Assembly: GCA_964057225.1 (NCBI GenBank)
Contig: OZ059894.1
Location: forward strand, 20,708,001 to 20,772,000
Reading direction: 5' to 3'
Source: Auanema rhodensis
Taxonomy: Eukaryota; Animalia; Nematoda
DNA: 64,000 nt
Shown here: positions 25,273 through 40,200 of the stretch, piece by piece
How positions within the stretch are numbered: the first letter of the stretch is position 1
Layout of the letters: the number at the start of each line of letters is the position of its first letter
Notes under the pieces: generated by a model
What the model saw: only the letters and a program-made list of their open reading frames with translations
Databases searched by the model: none
Told to the model about the DNA's origin: nothing
Translations under genes and position numbers: made by a program

Positions 25273-28200
25273 ATGTACACTCAACATTGCTTCCAAAAAC
25301 ATTTTGACAAAAATTTTTTCGAAAAATTTCGAAATAATTTAGCAAAAAGTAGATGTTTTTAGATTTCATTTTTCAAGGCAAAGACGATGGACAATGTTAT
25401 TCAACGAAAAAATTAATTCTTCAGGGTGAAAATCGAGGATATAAGTGTGAACTTATATCAGTTGATATCTCGGTGCATTTTTAAGCTAGCGCAAATCTGA
25501 TAACACAGATCGACGCAGCTTCAAAATCCGCATCGAATGCACTATACTACATTGAGAAACGCTTAATACAAAAATTAGTTATGATCGTTTGAAAAATGAT
25601 GCATTAGTGTATGTTGAGTTTCCATGTACACTCAACATTGCTTCCAAAAACATTTTGACAAAAATTTTTTCGAGAAATTTCAAAATAATTCAGCAAAAAG
25701 TAGATGTTTTTAGATTCCTTTTTTCAAGGCAAAGACGATGGACAATGTTATTCAACGAAAAAATTAATTCTTCAGGGTGAAAATCGAGGATATAAGTGTG
25801 AACTTATATCAGTTGATATCTCGGTGAATTTTTAAGCTAGCGCGAATCTGATAACACAGATCGACGCAGCTTAAAAATCCGCATCGAATGCACTATACTA
25901 CATTGAGAAACGCTTAATACAAAAATTAGTTATGATCGTTTGAAAAATGATGCATTAGTGTATGTTGAGTTTCCATGTACACTCAACATTGCTTCCAAAA
26001 ACATTTTGACAAAAATTTTTTCGAAAAATTTCAAAATAATTTAGCAAAAAGTAGATGTTTTTAGATTCCTTTTTTCAAGGCAAAGACGATGGACAATGTT
26101 ATTCAACGAAAAAATTAATTCTTCAGGGTGAAAATCGAGGATAAAAGTGTGAACTTATATCAGTTGATATCTCGGTGCATTTTTAAGCTAGCGCAAATCT
26201 GATAACACAGATCGACGCAGCTTAAAAATCCGCATCGAATGCACTATACTACATTGAGAAACGCTTAATACAAAAATTAGTTATGATCGTTTGAAAAATG
26301 ATGCATTAGTGTATGTTGAGTTTCCATGTACACTCAACATTGCTTCCAAAAACATTTTGACAAAAATTTTTTCGAAAAATTTCGAAATAATTTAGCAAAA
26401 AGTAGATGTTTTTAGATTCCATTTTTCAAGGCAAAGACGATGGACAATGTTATTCAACGAAAAAATTAATTCTTCAGGGTGAAAATCGAGGATATAAGTG
26501 TGAACTTATATCAGTTGATATCTCGGTGCATTTTTAAGCTAGCGCAAATCTGATAACACAGATCGACGCAGCTTCAAAATCCGCATCGAATGCACTATAC
26601 TACATTGAGAAACGCTTAATACAAAAATTAGTTATGATCGTTTGAAAAATGATGCATTAGTGTATGTTGAGTTTCCATGTACACTCAACATTGCTTCCAA
26701 AAACATTTTGACAAAAATTTTTTCGAGAAATTTCAAAATAATTCAGCAAAAAGTAGATGTTTTTAGATTCCTTTTTTCAAGGCAAAGACGATGGACAATG
26801 TTATTCAACGAAAAAATTAATTCTTCAGGGTGAAAATCGAGGATATAAGTGTGAACTTATATCAGTTGATATCTCGGTGAATTTTTAAGCTAGCGCGAAT
26901 CTGATAACACAGATCGACGCAGCTTAAAAATCCGCATCGAATGCACTATACTACATTGAGAAACGCTTAATACAAAAATTAGTTATGATCGTTTGAAAAA
27001 TGATGCATTAGTGTATGTTGAGTTTCCATGTACACTCAACATTGCTTCCAAAAACATTTTGACAAAAATTTTTTCGAAAAATTTCAGAATAATTTAGCAA
27101 AAAGTAGATGTTTTTAGATTCCATTTTTCAAGGCAAAGACGATGGACAATGTTATTCAACGAAAAAATTAATTCTTCAGGGTGAAAATCGAAGATATAAG
27201 TGTGAACTTATATCAGTTGATATCTCGGTGCATTTTTAAGGTAGCGCAAATCTGATAACACAGATCGACGCAGCTTAAAAATCCGCATCGAATGCACTAT
27301 ACTACATTGAGAAACGCTTAATACAAAAATTAGTTATGATCGTTTGAAAAATGATGCATTAGTGTATGTTGAGTTTCCATGTATACTCAACATTGCTTCC
27401 AAAAACATTTTGACAAAAATTTTTTCGAGAAATTTCAAAATAATTCAGCAAAAAGTAGATGTTTTTAGATTCCTTTTTTCAAGGCAAAGACGATGGACAA
27501 TGTTATTCAACGAAAAAATTAATTCTTCAGGGTGAAAATCGAGGATATAAGTGTGAACATATATCAGTTGATATCTCGGTGAATTTTTAAGCTAGCGCGA
27601 ATCTGATAACACAGATCGACGCAGCTTAAAAATCCGCATCGAATGCACTATACTACATTGAGAAACGCTTAATACAAAAATTAGTTATGATCGTTTGAAA
27701 AATGATGCATTAGTGTATGTTGAGTTTCCATGTACACTCAACATTGCTTCCAAAAACATTTTGACAAAAATTTTTTCGAAAAATTTCAAAATAATTTAGC
27801 AAAAAGTAGATGTTTTTAGATTCCATTTTTCAAGGCAAAGACGATGGACAATGTTATTCAACGAAAAAATTAATTCTTCAGGGTGAAAATCGAGGATATA
27901 AGTGTGAACTTATATCAGTTGATATCTCGGTGCATTTTTAAGCTAGCGCGAATCTGATAACACAGATCGACGCAGCTTAAAAATCCGCATCGAATGCACT
28001 ATACTACATTGAGAAACGCTTAATACAAAAATTAGTTATGATCGTTTGAAAAATGATGCATTAGTGTATGTTGAGTTTCCATGTACACTCAACATTGCTT
28101 CCAAAAACATTTTGACAAAAATTTTTTCGAGAAATTTCAAAATAATTCAGCAAAAAGTAGATGTTTTTAGATTCCATTTTTCAAGGCAAAGACGATGGAC

Positions 28201-31200
28201 AATGTTATTCAACGAAAAAATTAATTCTTCAGGGTGAAAATCGAAGATATAAGTGTGAACTTATATCAGTTGATATCTCGGTGCATTTTTAAGGTAGCGC
28301 AAATCTGATAACACAGATCGACGCAGCTTAAAAATCCGCATCGAATGCACTATACTACATTGAGAAACGCTTAATACAAAAATTAGTTATGATCGTTTGA
28401 AAAATGATGCATTAGTGTATGTTGAGTTTCCATGTATACTCAACATTGCTTCCAAAAACATTTTGACAAAAATTTTTTCGAGAAATTTCAAAATAATTCA
28501 GCAAAAAGTAGATGTTTTTAGATTCCTTTTTTCAAGGCAAAGACGATGGACAATGTTATTCAACGAAAAAATTAATTCTTCAGGGTGAAAATCGAGGATA
28601 TAAGTGTGAACATATATCAGTTGATATCTCGGTGAATTTTTAAGCTAGCGCGAATCTGATAACACAGATCGACGCAGCTTAAAAATCCGCATCGAATGCA
28701 CTATACTACATTGAGAAACGCTTAATACAAAAATTAGTTATGATCGTTTGAAAAATGATGCATTAGTGTATGTTGAGTTTCCATGTACACTCAACATTGC
28801 TTCCAAAAACATTTTGACAAAAATTTTTTCGAAAAATTTCAAAATAATTTAGCAAAAAGTAGATGTTTTTAGATTCCATTTTTCAAGGCAAAGACGATGG
28901 ACAATGTTATTCAACGAAAAAATTAATTCTTCAGGGTGAAAATCGAGGATATAAGTGTGAACTTATATCAGTTGATATCTCGGTGCATTTTTAAGCTAGC
29001 GCAAATCTGATAACACAGATCGACGCAGCTTAAAAATCCGCATCGAATGCACTATACTACATTGAGAAACGCTTAATACAAAAATTAGTTATGATCGTTT
29101 GAAAAATAATGCATTAGTGTATGTTGAGTTTCCATGTACACTCAACATTGCTTCCAAAAACATTTTGACAAAAATTTTTTCGAAAAATTTCAAAATAATT
29201 TAGCAAAAAGTAGATGTTTTTAGATTCCATTTTTCAAGGCAAAGACGATGGACAATGTTATTCAACGAAAAAATTAATTCTTCAGGGTGAAAATCGAGGA
29301 TATAAGTGTGAACTTATATCAGTTGATATCTCGGTGCATTTTTAAGCTAGCGCGAATCTGATAACACAGATCGACGCAGCTTAAAAATCCGCATCGAATG
29401 CACTATACTACATTGAGAAACGCTTAATACAAAAATTAGTTATGATCGTTTGAAAAATGATGCATTAGTGTATGTTGAGTTTCCATGTATACTCAACATT
29501 GCTTCCAAAAACATTTTGACAAAAATTTTTTCGAGAAATTTCAAAATAATTCAGCAAAAAGTAGATGTTTTTAGATTCCTTTTTTCAAGGCAAAGACGAT
29601 GGACAATGTTATTCAACGAAAAAATTAATTCTTCAGGGTGAAAATCGAGGATATAAGTGTGAACATATATCAGTTGATATCTCGGTGAATTTTTAAGCTA
29701 GCGCGAATCTGATAACACAGATCGACGCAGCTTAAAAATCCGCATCGAATGCACTATACTACATTGAGAAACGCTTAATACAAAAATTAGTTATGATCGT
29801 TTGAAAAATGATGCATTAGTGTATGTTGAGTTTCCATGTACACTCAACATTGCTTCCAAAAACATTTTGACAAAAATTTTTTCGAAAAATTTCAAAATAA
29901 TTTAGCAAAAAGTAGATGTTTTTAGATTCCATTTTTCAAGGCAAAGACGATGGACAATGTTATTCAACGAAAAAATTAATTCTTCAGGGTGAAAATCGAG
30001 GATATAAGTGTGAACTTATATCAGTTGATATCTCGGTGCATTTTTAAGCTAGCGCAAATCTGATAACACAGATCGACGCAGCTTAAAAATCCGCATCGAA
30101 TGCACTATACTACATTGAGAAACGCTTAATACAAAAATTAGTTATGATCGTTTGAAAAATAATGCATTAGTGTATGTTGAGTTTCCATGTACACTCAACA
30201 TTGCTTCCAAAAACATTTTGACAAAAATTTTTTCGAAAAATTTCAAAATAATTTAGCAAAAAGTAGATGTTTTTAGATTCCATTTTTCAAGGCAAAGACG
30301 ATGGACAATGTTATTCAACGAAAAAATTAATTCTTCAGGGTGAAAATCGAGGATATAAGTGTGAACTTATATCAGTTGATATCTCGGTGCATTTTTAAGC
30401 TAGCGCAAATCTGATAACACAGATCGACGCAGCTTAAAAATCCGCATCGAATGCACTATACTACATTGAGAAACGCTTAATACAAAAATTAGTTATGATC
30501 GTTTGAAAAATGATGCATTAGTGTATGTTGAGTTTCCATGTACACTCAACATTGCTTCCAAAAACATTTTGACAAAAATTTTTTCGAAAAATTTCAAAAT
30601 AATTTAGCAAAAAGTAGATGTTTTTAGATTCCTTTTTTCAAGGCAAAGACGATGGACAATGTTATTCAACGAAAAAATTAATTCTTCAGGGTGAAAATCG
30701 AGGATAAAAGTGTGAACTTATATCAGTTGATATCTCGGTGCATTTTTAAGCTAGCGCAAATCTGATAACACAGATCGACGCAGCTTAAAAATCCGCATCG
30801 AATGCACTATACTACATTGAGAAACGCTTAATACAAAAATTAGTTATGATCGTTTGAAAAATGATGCATTAGTGTATGTTGAGTTTCCATGTACACTCAA
30901 CATTGCTTCCAAAAACATTTTGACAAAAATTTTTTCGAAAAATTTCGAAATAATTTAGCAAAAAGTAGATGTTTTTAGATTCCATTTTTCAAGGCAAAGA
31001 CGATGGACAATGTTAATCAACGAAAAAATTAATTCTTCAGGGTGAAAATCGAGGATATAAGTGTGAACTTATATCAGTTGATATCTCGGTGCATTTTTAA
31101 GCTAGCGCAAATCTGATAACACAGATCGACGCAGCTTCAAAATCCGCATCGAATGCACTATACTACATTGAGAAACGCTTAATACAAAAATTAGTTATGA

Positions 31201-34200
31201 TCGTTTGAAAAATGATGCATTAGTGTATGTTGAGTTTCCATGTACACTCAACATTGCTTCCAAAAACATTTTGACAAAAATTTTTTCGAGAAATTTCAAA
31301 ATAATTCAGCAAAAAGTAGATGTTTTTAGATTCCTTTTTTCAAGGCAAAGACGATGGACAATGTTATTCAACGAAAAAATTAATTCTTCAGGGTGAAAAT
31401 CGAGGATATAAGTGTGAACTTATATCAGTTGATATCTCGGTGAATTTTTAAGCTAGCGCGAATCTGATAACACAGATCGACGCAGCTTAAAAATCCGCAT
31501 CGAATGCACTATACTACATTGAGAAACGCTTAATACAAAAATTAGTTATGATCGTTTGAAAAATGATGCATTAGTGTATGTTGAGTTTCCATGTACACTC
31601 AACATTGCTTCCAAAAACATTTTGACAAAAATTTTTTCGAAAAATTTCAGAATAATTTAGCAAAAAGTAGATGTTTTTAGATTCCATTTTTCAAGGCAAA
31701 GACGATGGACAATGTTATTCAACGAAAAAATTAATTCTTCAGGGTGAAAATCGAAGATATAAGTGTGAACTTATATCAGTTGATATCTCGGTGCATTTTT
31801 AAGGTAGCGCAAATCTGATAACACAGATCGACGCAGCTTAAAAATCCGCATCGAATGCACTATACTACATTGAGAAACGCTTAATACAAAAATTAGTTAT
31901 GATCGTTTGAAAAATGATGCATTAGTGTATGTTGAGTTTCCATGTATACTCAACATTGCTTCCAAAAACATTTTGACAAAAATTTTTTCGAGAAATTTCA
32001 AAATAATTCAGCAAAAAGTAGATGTTTTTAGATTCCTTTTTTCAAGGCAAAGACGATGGACAATGTTATTCAACGAAAAAATTAATTCTTCAGGGTGAAA
32101 ATCGAGGATATAAGTGTGAACATATATCAGTTGATATCTCGGTGAATTTTTAAGCTAGCGCGAATCTGATAACACAGATCGACGCAGCTTAAAAATCCGC
32201 ATCGAATGCACTATACTACATTGAGAAACGCTTAATACAAAAATTAGTTATGATCGTTTGAAAAATGATGCATTAGTGTATGTTGAGTTTCCATGTACAC
32301 TCAACATTGCTTCCAAAAACATTTTGACAAAAATTTTTTCGAAAAATTTCAAAATAATTTAGCGAAAAGTAGATGTTTTTAGATTCCATTTTTCAAGGCA
32401 AAGACGATGGACAATGTTATTCAACGAAAAAATTAATTCTTCAGGGTGAAAATCGAGGATATAAGTGTGAACTTATATCAGTTGATATCTCGGTGCATTT
32501 TTAAGCTAGCGCGAATCTGATAACACAGATCGACGCAGCTTAAAAATCCGCATCGAATGCACTATACTACATTGAGAAACGCTTAATACAAAAATTAGTT
32601 ATGATCGTTTGAAAAATGATGCATTAGTGTATGTTGAGTTTCCATGTACACTCAACATTGCTTCCAAAAACATTTTGACAAAAATTTTTTCGAGAAATTT
32701 CAAAATAATTCAGCAAAAAGTAGATGTTTTTAGATTCCTTTTTTCAAGGCAAAGACGATGGACAATGTTATTCAACGAAAAAATTAATTCTTCAGGGTGA
32801 AAATCGAGGATATAAGTGTGAACTTATATCAGTTGATATCTCGGTGAATTTTTAAGCTAGCGCGAATCTGATAACACAGATCGACGCAGCTTAAAAATCC
32901 GCATCGAATGCACTATACTACATTGAGAAACGCTTAATACAAAAATTAGTTATGATCGTTTGAAAAATGATGCATTAGTGTATGTTGAGTTTCCATGTAC
33001 ACTCAACATTGCTTCCAAAAACATTTTGACAAAAATTTTTTCGAAAAATTTCAGAATAATTTAGCAAAAAGTAGATGTTTTTAGATTCCATTTTTCAAGG
33101 CAAAGACGATGGACAATGTTATTCAACGAAAAAATTAATTCTTCAGGGTGAAAATCGAAGATATAAGTGTGAACTTATATCAGTTGATATCTCGGTGCAT
33201 TTTTAAGGTAGCGCAAATCTGATAACACAGATCGACGCAGCTTAAAAATCCGCATCGAATGCACTATACTACATTGAGAAACGCTTAATACAAAAATTAG
33301 TTATGATCGTTTGAAAAATGATGCATTAGTGTATGTTGAGTTTCCATGTATACTCAACATTGCTTCCAAAAACATTTTGACAAAAATTTTTTCGAGAAAT
33401 TTCAAAATAATTCAGCAAAAAGTAGATGTTTTTAGATTCCTTTTTTCAAGGCAAAGACGATGGACAATGTTATTCAACGAAAAAATTAATTCTTCAGGGT
33501 GAAAATCGAGGATATAAGTGTGAACATATATCAGTTGATATCTCGGTGAATTTTTAAGCTAGCGCGAATCTGATAACACAGATCGACGCAGCTTAAAAAT
33601 CCGCATCGAATGCACTATACTACATTGAGAAACGCTTAATACAAAAATTAGTTATGATCGTTTGAAAAATGATGCATTAGTGTATGTTGAGTTTCCATGT
33701 ACACTCAACATTGCTTCCAAAAACATTTTGACAAAAATTTTTTCGAAAAATTTCAAAATAATTTAGCAAAAAGTAGATGTTTTTAGATTCCATTTTTCAA
33801 GGCAAAGACGATGGACAATGTTATTCAACGAAAAAATTAATTCTTCAGGGTGAAAATCGAGGATATAAGTGTGAACTTATATCAGTTGATATCTCGGTGC
33901 ATTTTTAAGCTAGCGCAAATCTGATAACACAGATCGACGCAGCTTAAAAATCCGCATCGAATGCACTATACTACATTGAGAAACGCTTAATACAAAAATT
34001 AGTTATGATCGTTTGAAAAATGATGCATTAGTGTATGTTGAGTTTCCATGTACACTCAACATTGCTTCCAAAAACATTTTGACAAAAATTTTTTCGAAAA
34101 ATTTCAAAATAATTTAGCAAAAAGTAGATGTTTTTAGATTCCATTTTTCAAGGCAAAGACGATGGACAATGTTATTCAACGAAAAAATTAATTCTTCAGG

Positions 34201-37200
34201 GTGAAAATCGAGGATATAAGTGTGAACTTATATCAGTTGATATCTCGGTGCATTTTTAAGCTAGCGCAAATCTGATAACACAGATCGACGCAGCTTAAAA
34301 ATCCGCATCGAATGCACTATACTACATTGAGAAACGCTTAATACAAGAATTAGTTATGATCGTTTGAAAAATGATGCATTAGTGTATGTTGAGTTTCCAT
34401 GTACACTCAACATTGCTTCCAAAAACATTTTGACAAAAATTTTTTCGAAAAATTTCAAAATAATTTAGCAAAAAGTAGATGTTTTTAGATTCCTTTTTTC
34501 AAGGCAAAGACGATGGACAATGTTATTCAACGAAAAAATTAATTCTTCAGGGTGAAAATCGAGGATAAAAGTGTGAACTTATATCAGTTGATATCTCGGT
34601 GCATTTTTAAGCTAGCGCAAATCTGATAACACAGATCGACGCAGCTTAAAAATCCGCATCGAATGCACTATACTACATTGAGAAACGCTTAATACAAGAA
34701 TTAGTTATGATCGTTTGAAAAATGATGCATTAGTGTATGTTGAGTTTCCATGTACACTCAACATTGCTTCCAAAAACATTTTGACAAAAATTTTTTCGAA
34801 AAATTTCGAAATAATTTAGCAAAAAGTAGATGTTTTTAGATTCCATTTTTCAAGGCAAAGACGATGGACAATGTTATTCAACGAAAAAATTAATTCTTCA
34901 GGGTGAAAATCGAGGATATAAGTGTGAACTTATATCAGTTGATATCTCGGTGCATTTTTAAGCTAGCGCAAATCTGATAACACAGATCGACGCAGCTTAA
35001 AAATCCGCATCGAATGCACTATACTACATTGAGAAACGCTTAATACAAGAATTAGTTATGATCGTTTGAAAAATGATGCATTAGTGTATGTTGAGTTTCC
35101 ATGTACACTCAACATTGCTTCCAAAAACATTTTGACAAAAATTTTTTCGAAAAATTTCAAAATAATTTAGCAAAAAGTAGATGTTTTTAGATTCCTTTTT
35201 TCAAGGCAAAGACGATGGACAATGTTATTCAACGAAAAAATTAATTCTTCAGGGTGAAAATCGAGGATAAAAGTGTGAACTTATATCAGTTGATATCTCG
35301 GTGCATTTTTAAGCTAGCGCAAATCTGATAACACAGATCGACGCAGCTTAAAAATCCGCATCGAATGCACTATACTACATTGAGAAACGCTTAATACAAA
35401 AATTAGTTATGATCGTTTGAAAAATGATGCATTAGTGTATGTTGAGTTTCCATGTACACTCAACATTGCTTCCAAAAACATTTTGACAAAAATTTTTTCG
35501 AAAAATTTCGAAATAATTTAGCAAAAAGTAGATGTTTTTAGATTCCATTTTTCAAGGCAAAGACGATGGACAATGTTAATCAACGAAAAAATTAATTCTT
35601 CAGGGTGAAAATCGAGGATATAAGTGTGAACTTATATCAGTTGATATCTCGGTGCATTTTTAAGCTAGCGCAAATCTGATAACACAGATCGACGCAGCTT
35701 CAAAATCCGCATCGAATGCACTATACTACATTGAGAAACGCTTAATACAAAAATTAGTTATGATCGTTTGAAAAATGATGCATTAGTGTATGTTGAGTTT
35801 CCATGTACACTCAACATTGCTTCCAAAAACATTTTGACAAAAATTTTTTCGAGAAATTTCAAAATAATTCAGCAAAAAGTAGATGTTTTTAGATTCCTTT
35901 TTTCAAGGCAAAGACGATGGACAATGTTATTCAACGAAAAAATTAATTCTTCAGGGTGAAAATCGAGGATATAAGTGTGAACTTATATCAGTTGATATCT
36001 CGGTGAATTTTTAAGCTAGCGCGAATCTGATAACACAGATCGACGCAGCTTAAAAATCCGCATCGAATGCACTATACTACATTGAGAAACGCTTAATACA
36101 AAAATTAGTTATGATCGTTTGAAAAATGATGCATTAGTGTATGTTGAGTTTCCATGTACACTCAACATTGCTTCCAAAAACATTTTGACAAAAATTTTTT
36201 CGAAAAATTTCAGAATAATTTAGCAAAAAGTAGATGTTTTTAGATTCCATTTTTCAAGGCAAAGACGATGGACAATGTTATTCAACGAAAAAATTAATTC
36301 TTCAGGGTGAAAATCGAGGATATAAGTGTGAACTTATATCAGTTGATATCTCGGTGCATTTTTAAGCTAGCGCAAATCTGATAACACAGATCGACGCAGC
36401 TTCAAAATCCGCATCGAATGCACTATACTACATTGAGAAACGCTTAATACAAAAATTAGTTATGATCGTTTGAAAAATGATGCATTAGTGTATGTTGAGT
36501 TTCCATGTACACTCAACATTGCTTCCAAAAACATTTTGACAAAAATTTTTTCGAGAAATTTCAAAATAATTTAGCAAAAAGTAGATGTTTTTAGATTCCT
36601 TTTTTCAAGGCAAAGACGATGGACAATGTTATTCAACGAAAAAATTAATTCTTCAGGGTGAAAATCGAGGATATAAGTGTGAACTTATATCAGTTGATAT
36701 CTCTGTGCATTTTTAAGCTAGCGCAAATCTGATAACACAGATCGACGCAACTTAAAAATCCGCATCGAATGCACTATACTACATTGAGAAACGCTTAATA
36801 CAAAAATTAGTTATGATCGTTTGAAAAATGATGCATTAGTGTATGTTGAGTTTCCATGTACACTCAACATTGCTTCCAAAAACATTTTGACAAAAATTTT
36901 TTCGAAAAATTTCAAAATAATTTAGCAAAAAGTAGATGTTTTTAGATTCCTTTTTTCAAGGCAAAGACGATGGACAATGTTATTCAACGAAAAAATTAAT
37001 TCTTCAGGGTGAAAATCGAGGATATAAGTGTGAACTTATATCAGTTGATATCTCGGTGAATTTTTAAGCTAGCGCGAATCTGATAACACAGATCGACGCA
37101 GCTTAAAAATCCGCATCGAATGCACTATACTACATTGAGAAACGCTTAATACAAAAATTAGTTATGATCGTTTGAAAAATGATGCATTAGTGTATGTTGA

Positions 37201-40200
37201 GTTTCCATGTACACTCAACATTGCTTCCAAAAACATTTTGACAAAAATTTTTTCGAAAAATTTCAGAATAATTTAGCAAAAAGTAGATGTTTTTAGATTC
37301 CATTTTTCAAGGCAAAGACGATGGACAATGTTATTCAACGAAAAAATTAATTCTTCAGGGTGAAAATCGAGGATATAAGTGTGAACTTATATCAGTTGAT
37401 ATCTCGGTGCATTTTTAAGCTAGCGCAAATCTGATAACACAGATCGACGCAGCTTCAAAATCCGCATCGAATGCACTATACTACATTGAGAAACGCTTAA
37501 TACAAAAATTAGTTATGATCGTTTGAAAAATGATGCATTAGTGTATGTTGAGTTTCCATGTACACTCAACATTGCTTCCAAAAACATTTTGACAAAAATT
37601 TTTTCGAGAAATTTCAAAATAATTTAGCAAAAAGTAGATGTTTTTAGATTCCTTTTTTCAAGGCAAAGACGATGGACAATGTTATTCAACGAAAAAATTA
37701 ATTCTTCAGGGTGAAAATCGAGGATATAAGTGTGAACTTATATCAGTTGATATCTCTGTGCATTTTTAAGCTAGCGCAAATCTGATAACACAGATCGACG
37801 CAACTTAAAAATCCGCATCGAATGCACTATACTACATTGAGAAACGCTTAATACAAAAATTAGTTATGATCGTTTGAAAAATGATGCATTAGTGTATGTT
37901 GAGTTTCCATGTACACTCAACATTGCTTCCAAAAACATTTTGACAAAAATTTTTTCGAAAAATTTCAAAATAATTTAGCAAAAAGTAGATGTTTTTAGAT
38001 TCCTTTTTTCAAGGCAAAGACGATGGACAATGTTATTCAACGAAAAAATTAATTCTTCAGGGTGAAAATCGAGGATATAAGTGTGAACTTATATCAGTTG
38101 ATATCTCGGTGAATTTTTAAGCTAGCGCGAATCTGATAACACAGATCGACGCAGCTTAAAAATCCGCATCGAATGCACTATACTACATTGAGAAACGCTT
38201 AATACAAAAATTAGTTATGATCGTTTGAAAAATGATGCATTAGTGTATGTTGAGTTTCCATGTACACTCAACATTGCTTCCAAAAACATTTTGACAAAAA
38301 TTTTTTCGAAAAATTTCAAAATAATTTAGCAAAAAGTAGATGTTTTTAGATTCCATTTTTCAAGGCAAAGACGATGGACAATGTTAATCAACGAAAAAAT
38401 TAATTCTTCAGGGTGAAAATCGAGGATATAAGTGTGAACTTATATCAGTTGATATCTCGGTGCATTTTTAAGCTAGCGCAAATCTGATAACACAGATCGA
38501 CGCAGCTTCAAAATCCGCATCGAATGCACTATACTACATTGAGAAACGCTTAATACAAAAATTAGTTATGATCGTTTGAAAAATGATGCATTAGTGTATG
38601 TTGAGTTTCCATGTACACTCAACATTGCTTCCAAAAACATTTTGACAAAAATTTTTTCGAGAAATTTCAAAATAATTCAGCAAAAAGTAGATGTTTTTAG
38701 ATTCCTTTTTTCAAGGCAAAGACGATGGACAATGTTATTCAACGAAAAAATTAATTCTTCAGGGTGAAAATCGAGGATATAAGTGTGAACTTATATCAGT
38801 TGATATCTCGGTGAATTTTTAAGCTAGCGCGAATCTGATAACACAGATCGACGCAGCTTAAAAATCCGCATCGAATGCACTATACTACATTGAGAAACGC
38901 TTAATACAAAAATTAGTTATGATCGTTTGAAAAATGATGCATTAGTGTATGTTGAGTTTCCATGTACACTCAACATTGCTTCCAAAAACATTTTGACAAA
39001 AATTTTTTCGAAAAATTTCAGAATAATTTAGCAAAAAGTAGATGTTTTTAGATTCCATTTTTCAAGGCAAAGACGATGGACAATGTTATTCAACGAAAAA
39101 ATTAATTCTTCAGGGTGAAAATCGAGGATATAAGTGTGAACTTATATCAGTTGATATCTCGGTGCATTTTTAAGCTAGCGCAAATCTGATAACACAGATC
39201 GACGCAGCTTCAAAATCCGCATCGAATGCACTATACTACATTGAGAAACGCTTAATACAAAAATTAGTTATGATCGTTTGAAAAATGATGCATTAGTGTA
39301 TGTTGAGTTTCCATGTACACTCAACATTGCTTCCAAAAACATTTTGACAAAAATTTTTTCGAGAAATTTCAAAATAATTTAGCAAAAAGTAGATGTTTTT
39401 AGATTCCTTTTTTCAAGGCAAAGACGATGGACAATGTTATTCAACGAAAAAATTAATTCTTCAGGGTGAAAATCGAGGATATAAGTGTGAACTTATATCA
39501 GTTGATATCTCTGTGCATTTTTAAGCTAGCGCAAATCTGATAACACAGATCGACGCAACTTAAAAATCCGCATCGAATGCACTATACTACATTGAGAAAC
39601 GCTTAATACAAAAATTAGTTATGATCGTTTGAAAAATGATGCATTAGTGTATGTTGAGTTTCCATGTACACTCAACATTGCTTCCAAAAACATTTTGACA
39701 AAAATTTTTTCGAAAAATTTCAAAATAATTTAGCAAAAAGTAGATGTTTTTAGATTCCATTTTTCAAGGCAAAGACGATGGACAATGTTAATCAACGAAA
39801 AAATTAATTCTTCAGGGTGAAAATCGAGGATATAAGTGTGAACTTATATCAGTTGATATCTCGGTGCATTTTTAAGCTAGCGCAAATCTGATAACACAGA
39901 TCGACGCAGCTTCAAAATCCGCATCGAATGCACTATACTACATTGAGAAACGCTTAATACAAAAATTAGTTATGATCGTTTGAAAAATGATGCATTAGTG
40001 TATGTTGAGTTTCCATGTACACTCAACATTGCTTCCAAAAACATTTTGACAAAAATTTTTTCGAAAAATTTCAAAATAATTTAGCAAAAAGTAGATGTTT
40101 TTAGATTCCTTTTTTCAAGGCAAAGACGATGGACAATGTTATTCAACGAAAAAATTAATTCTTCAGGGTGAAAATCGAGGATATAAGTGTGAACTTATAT

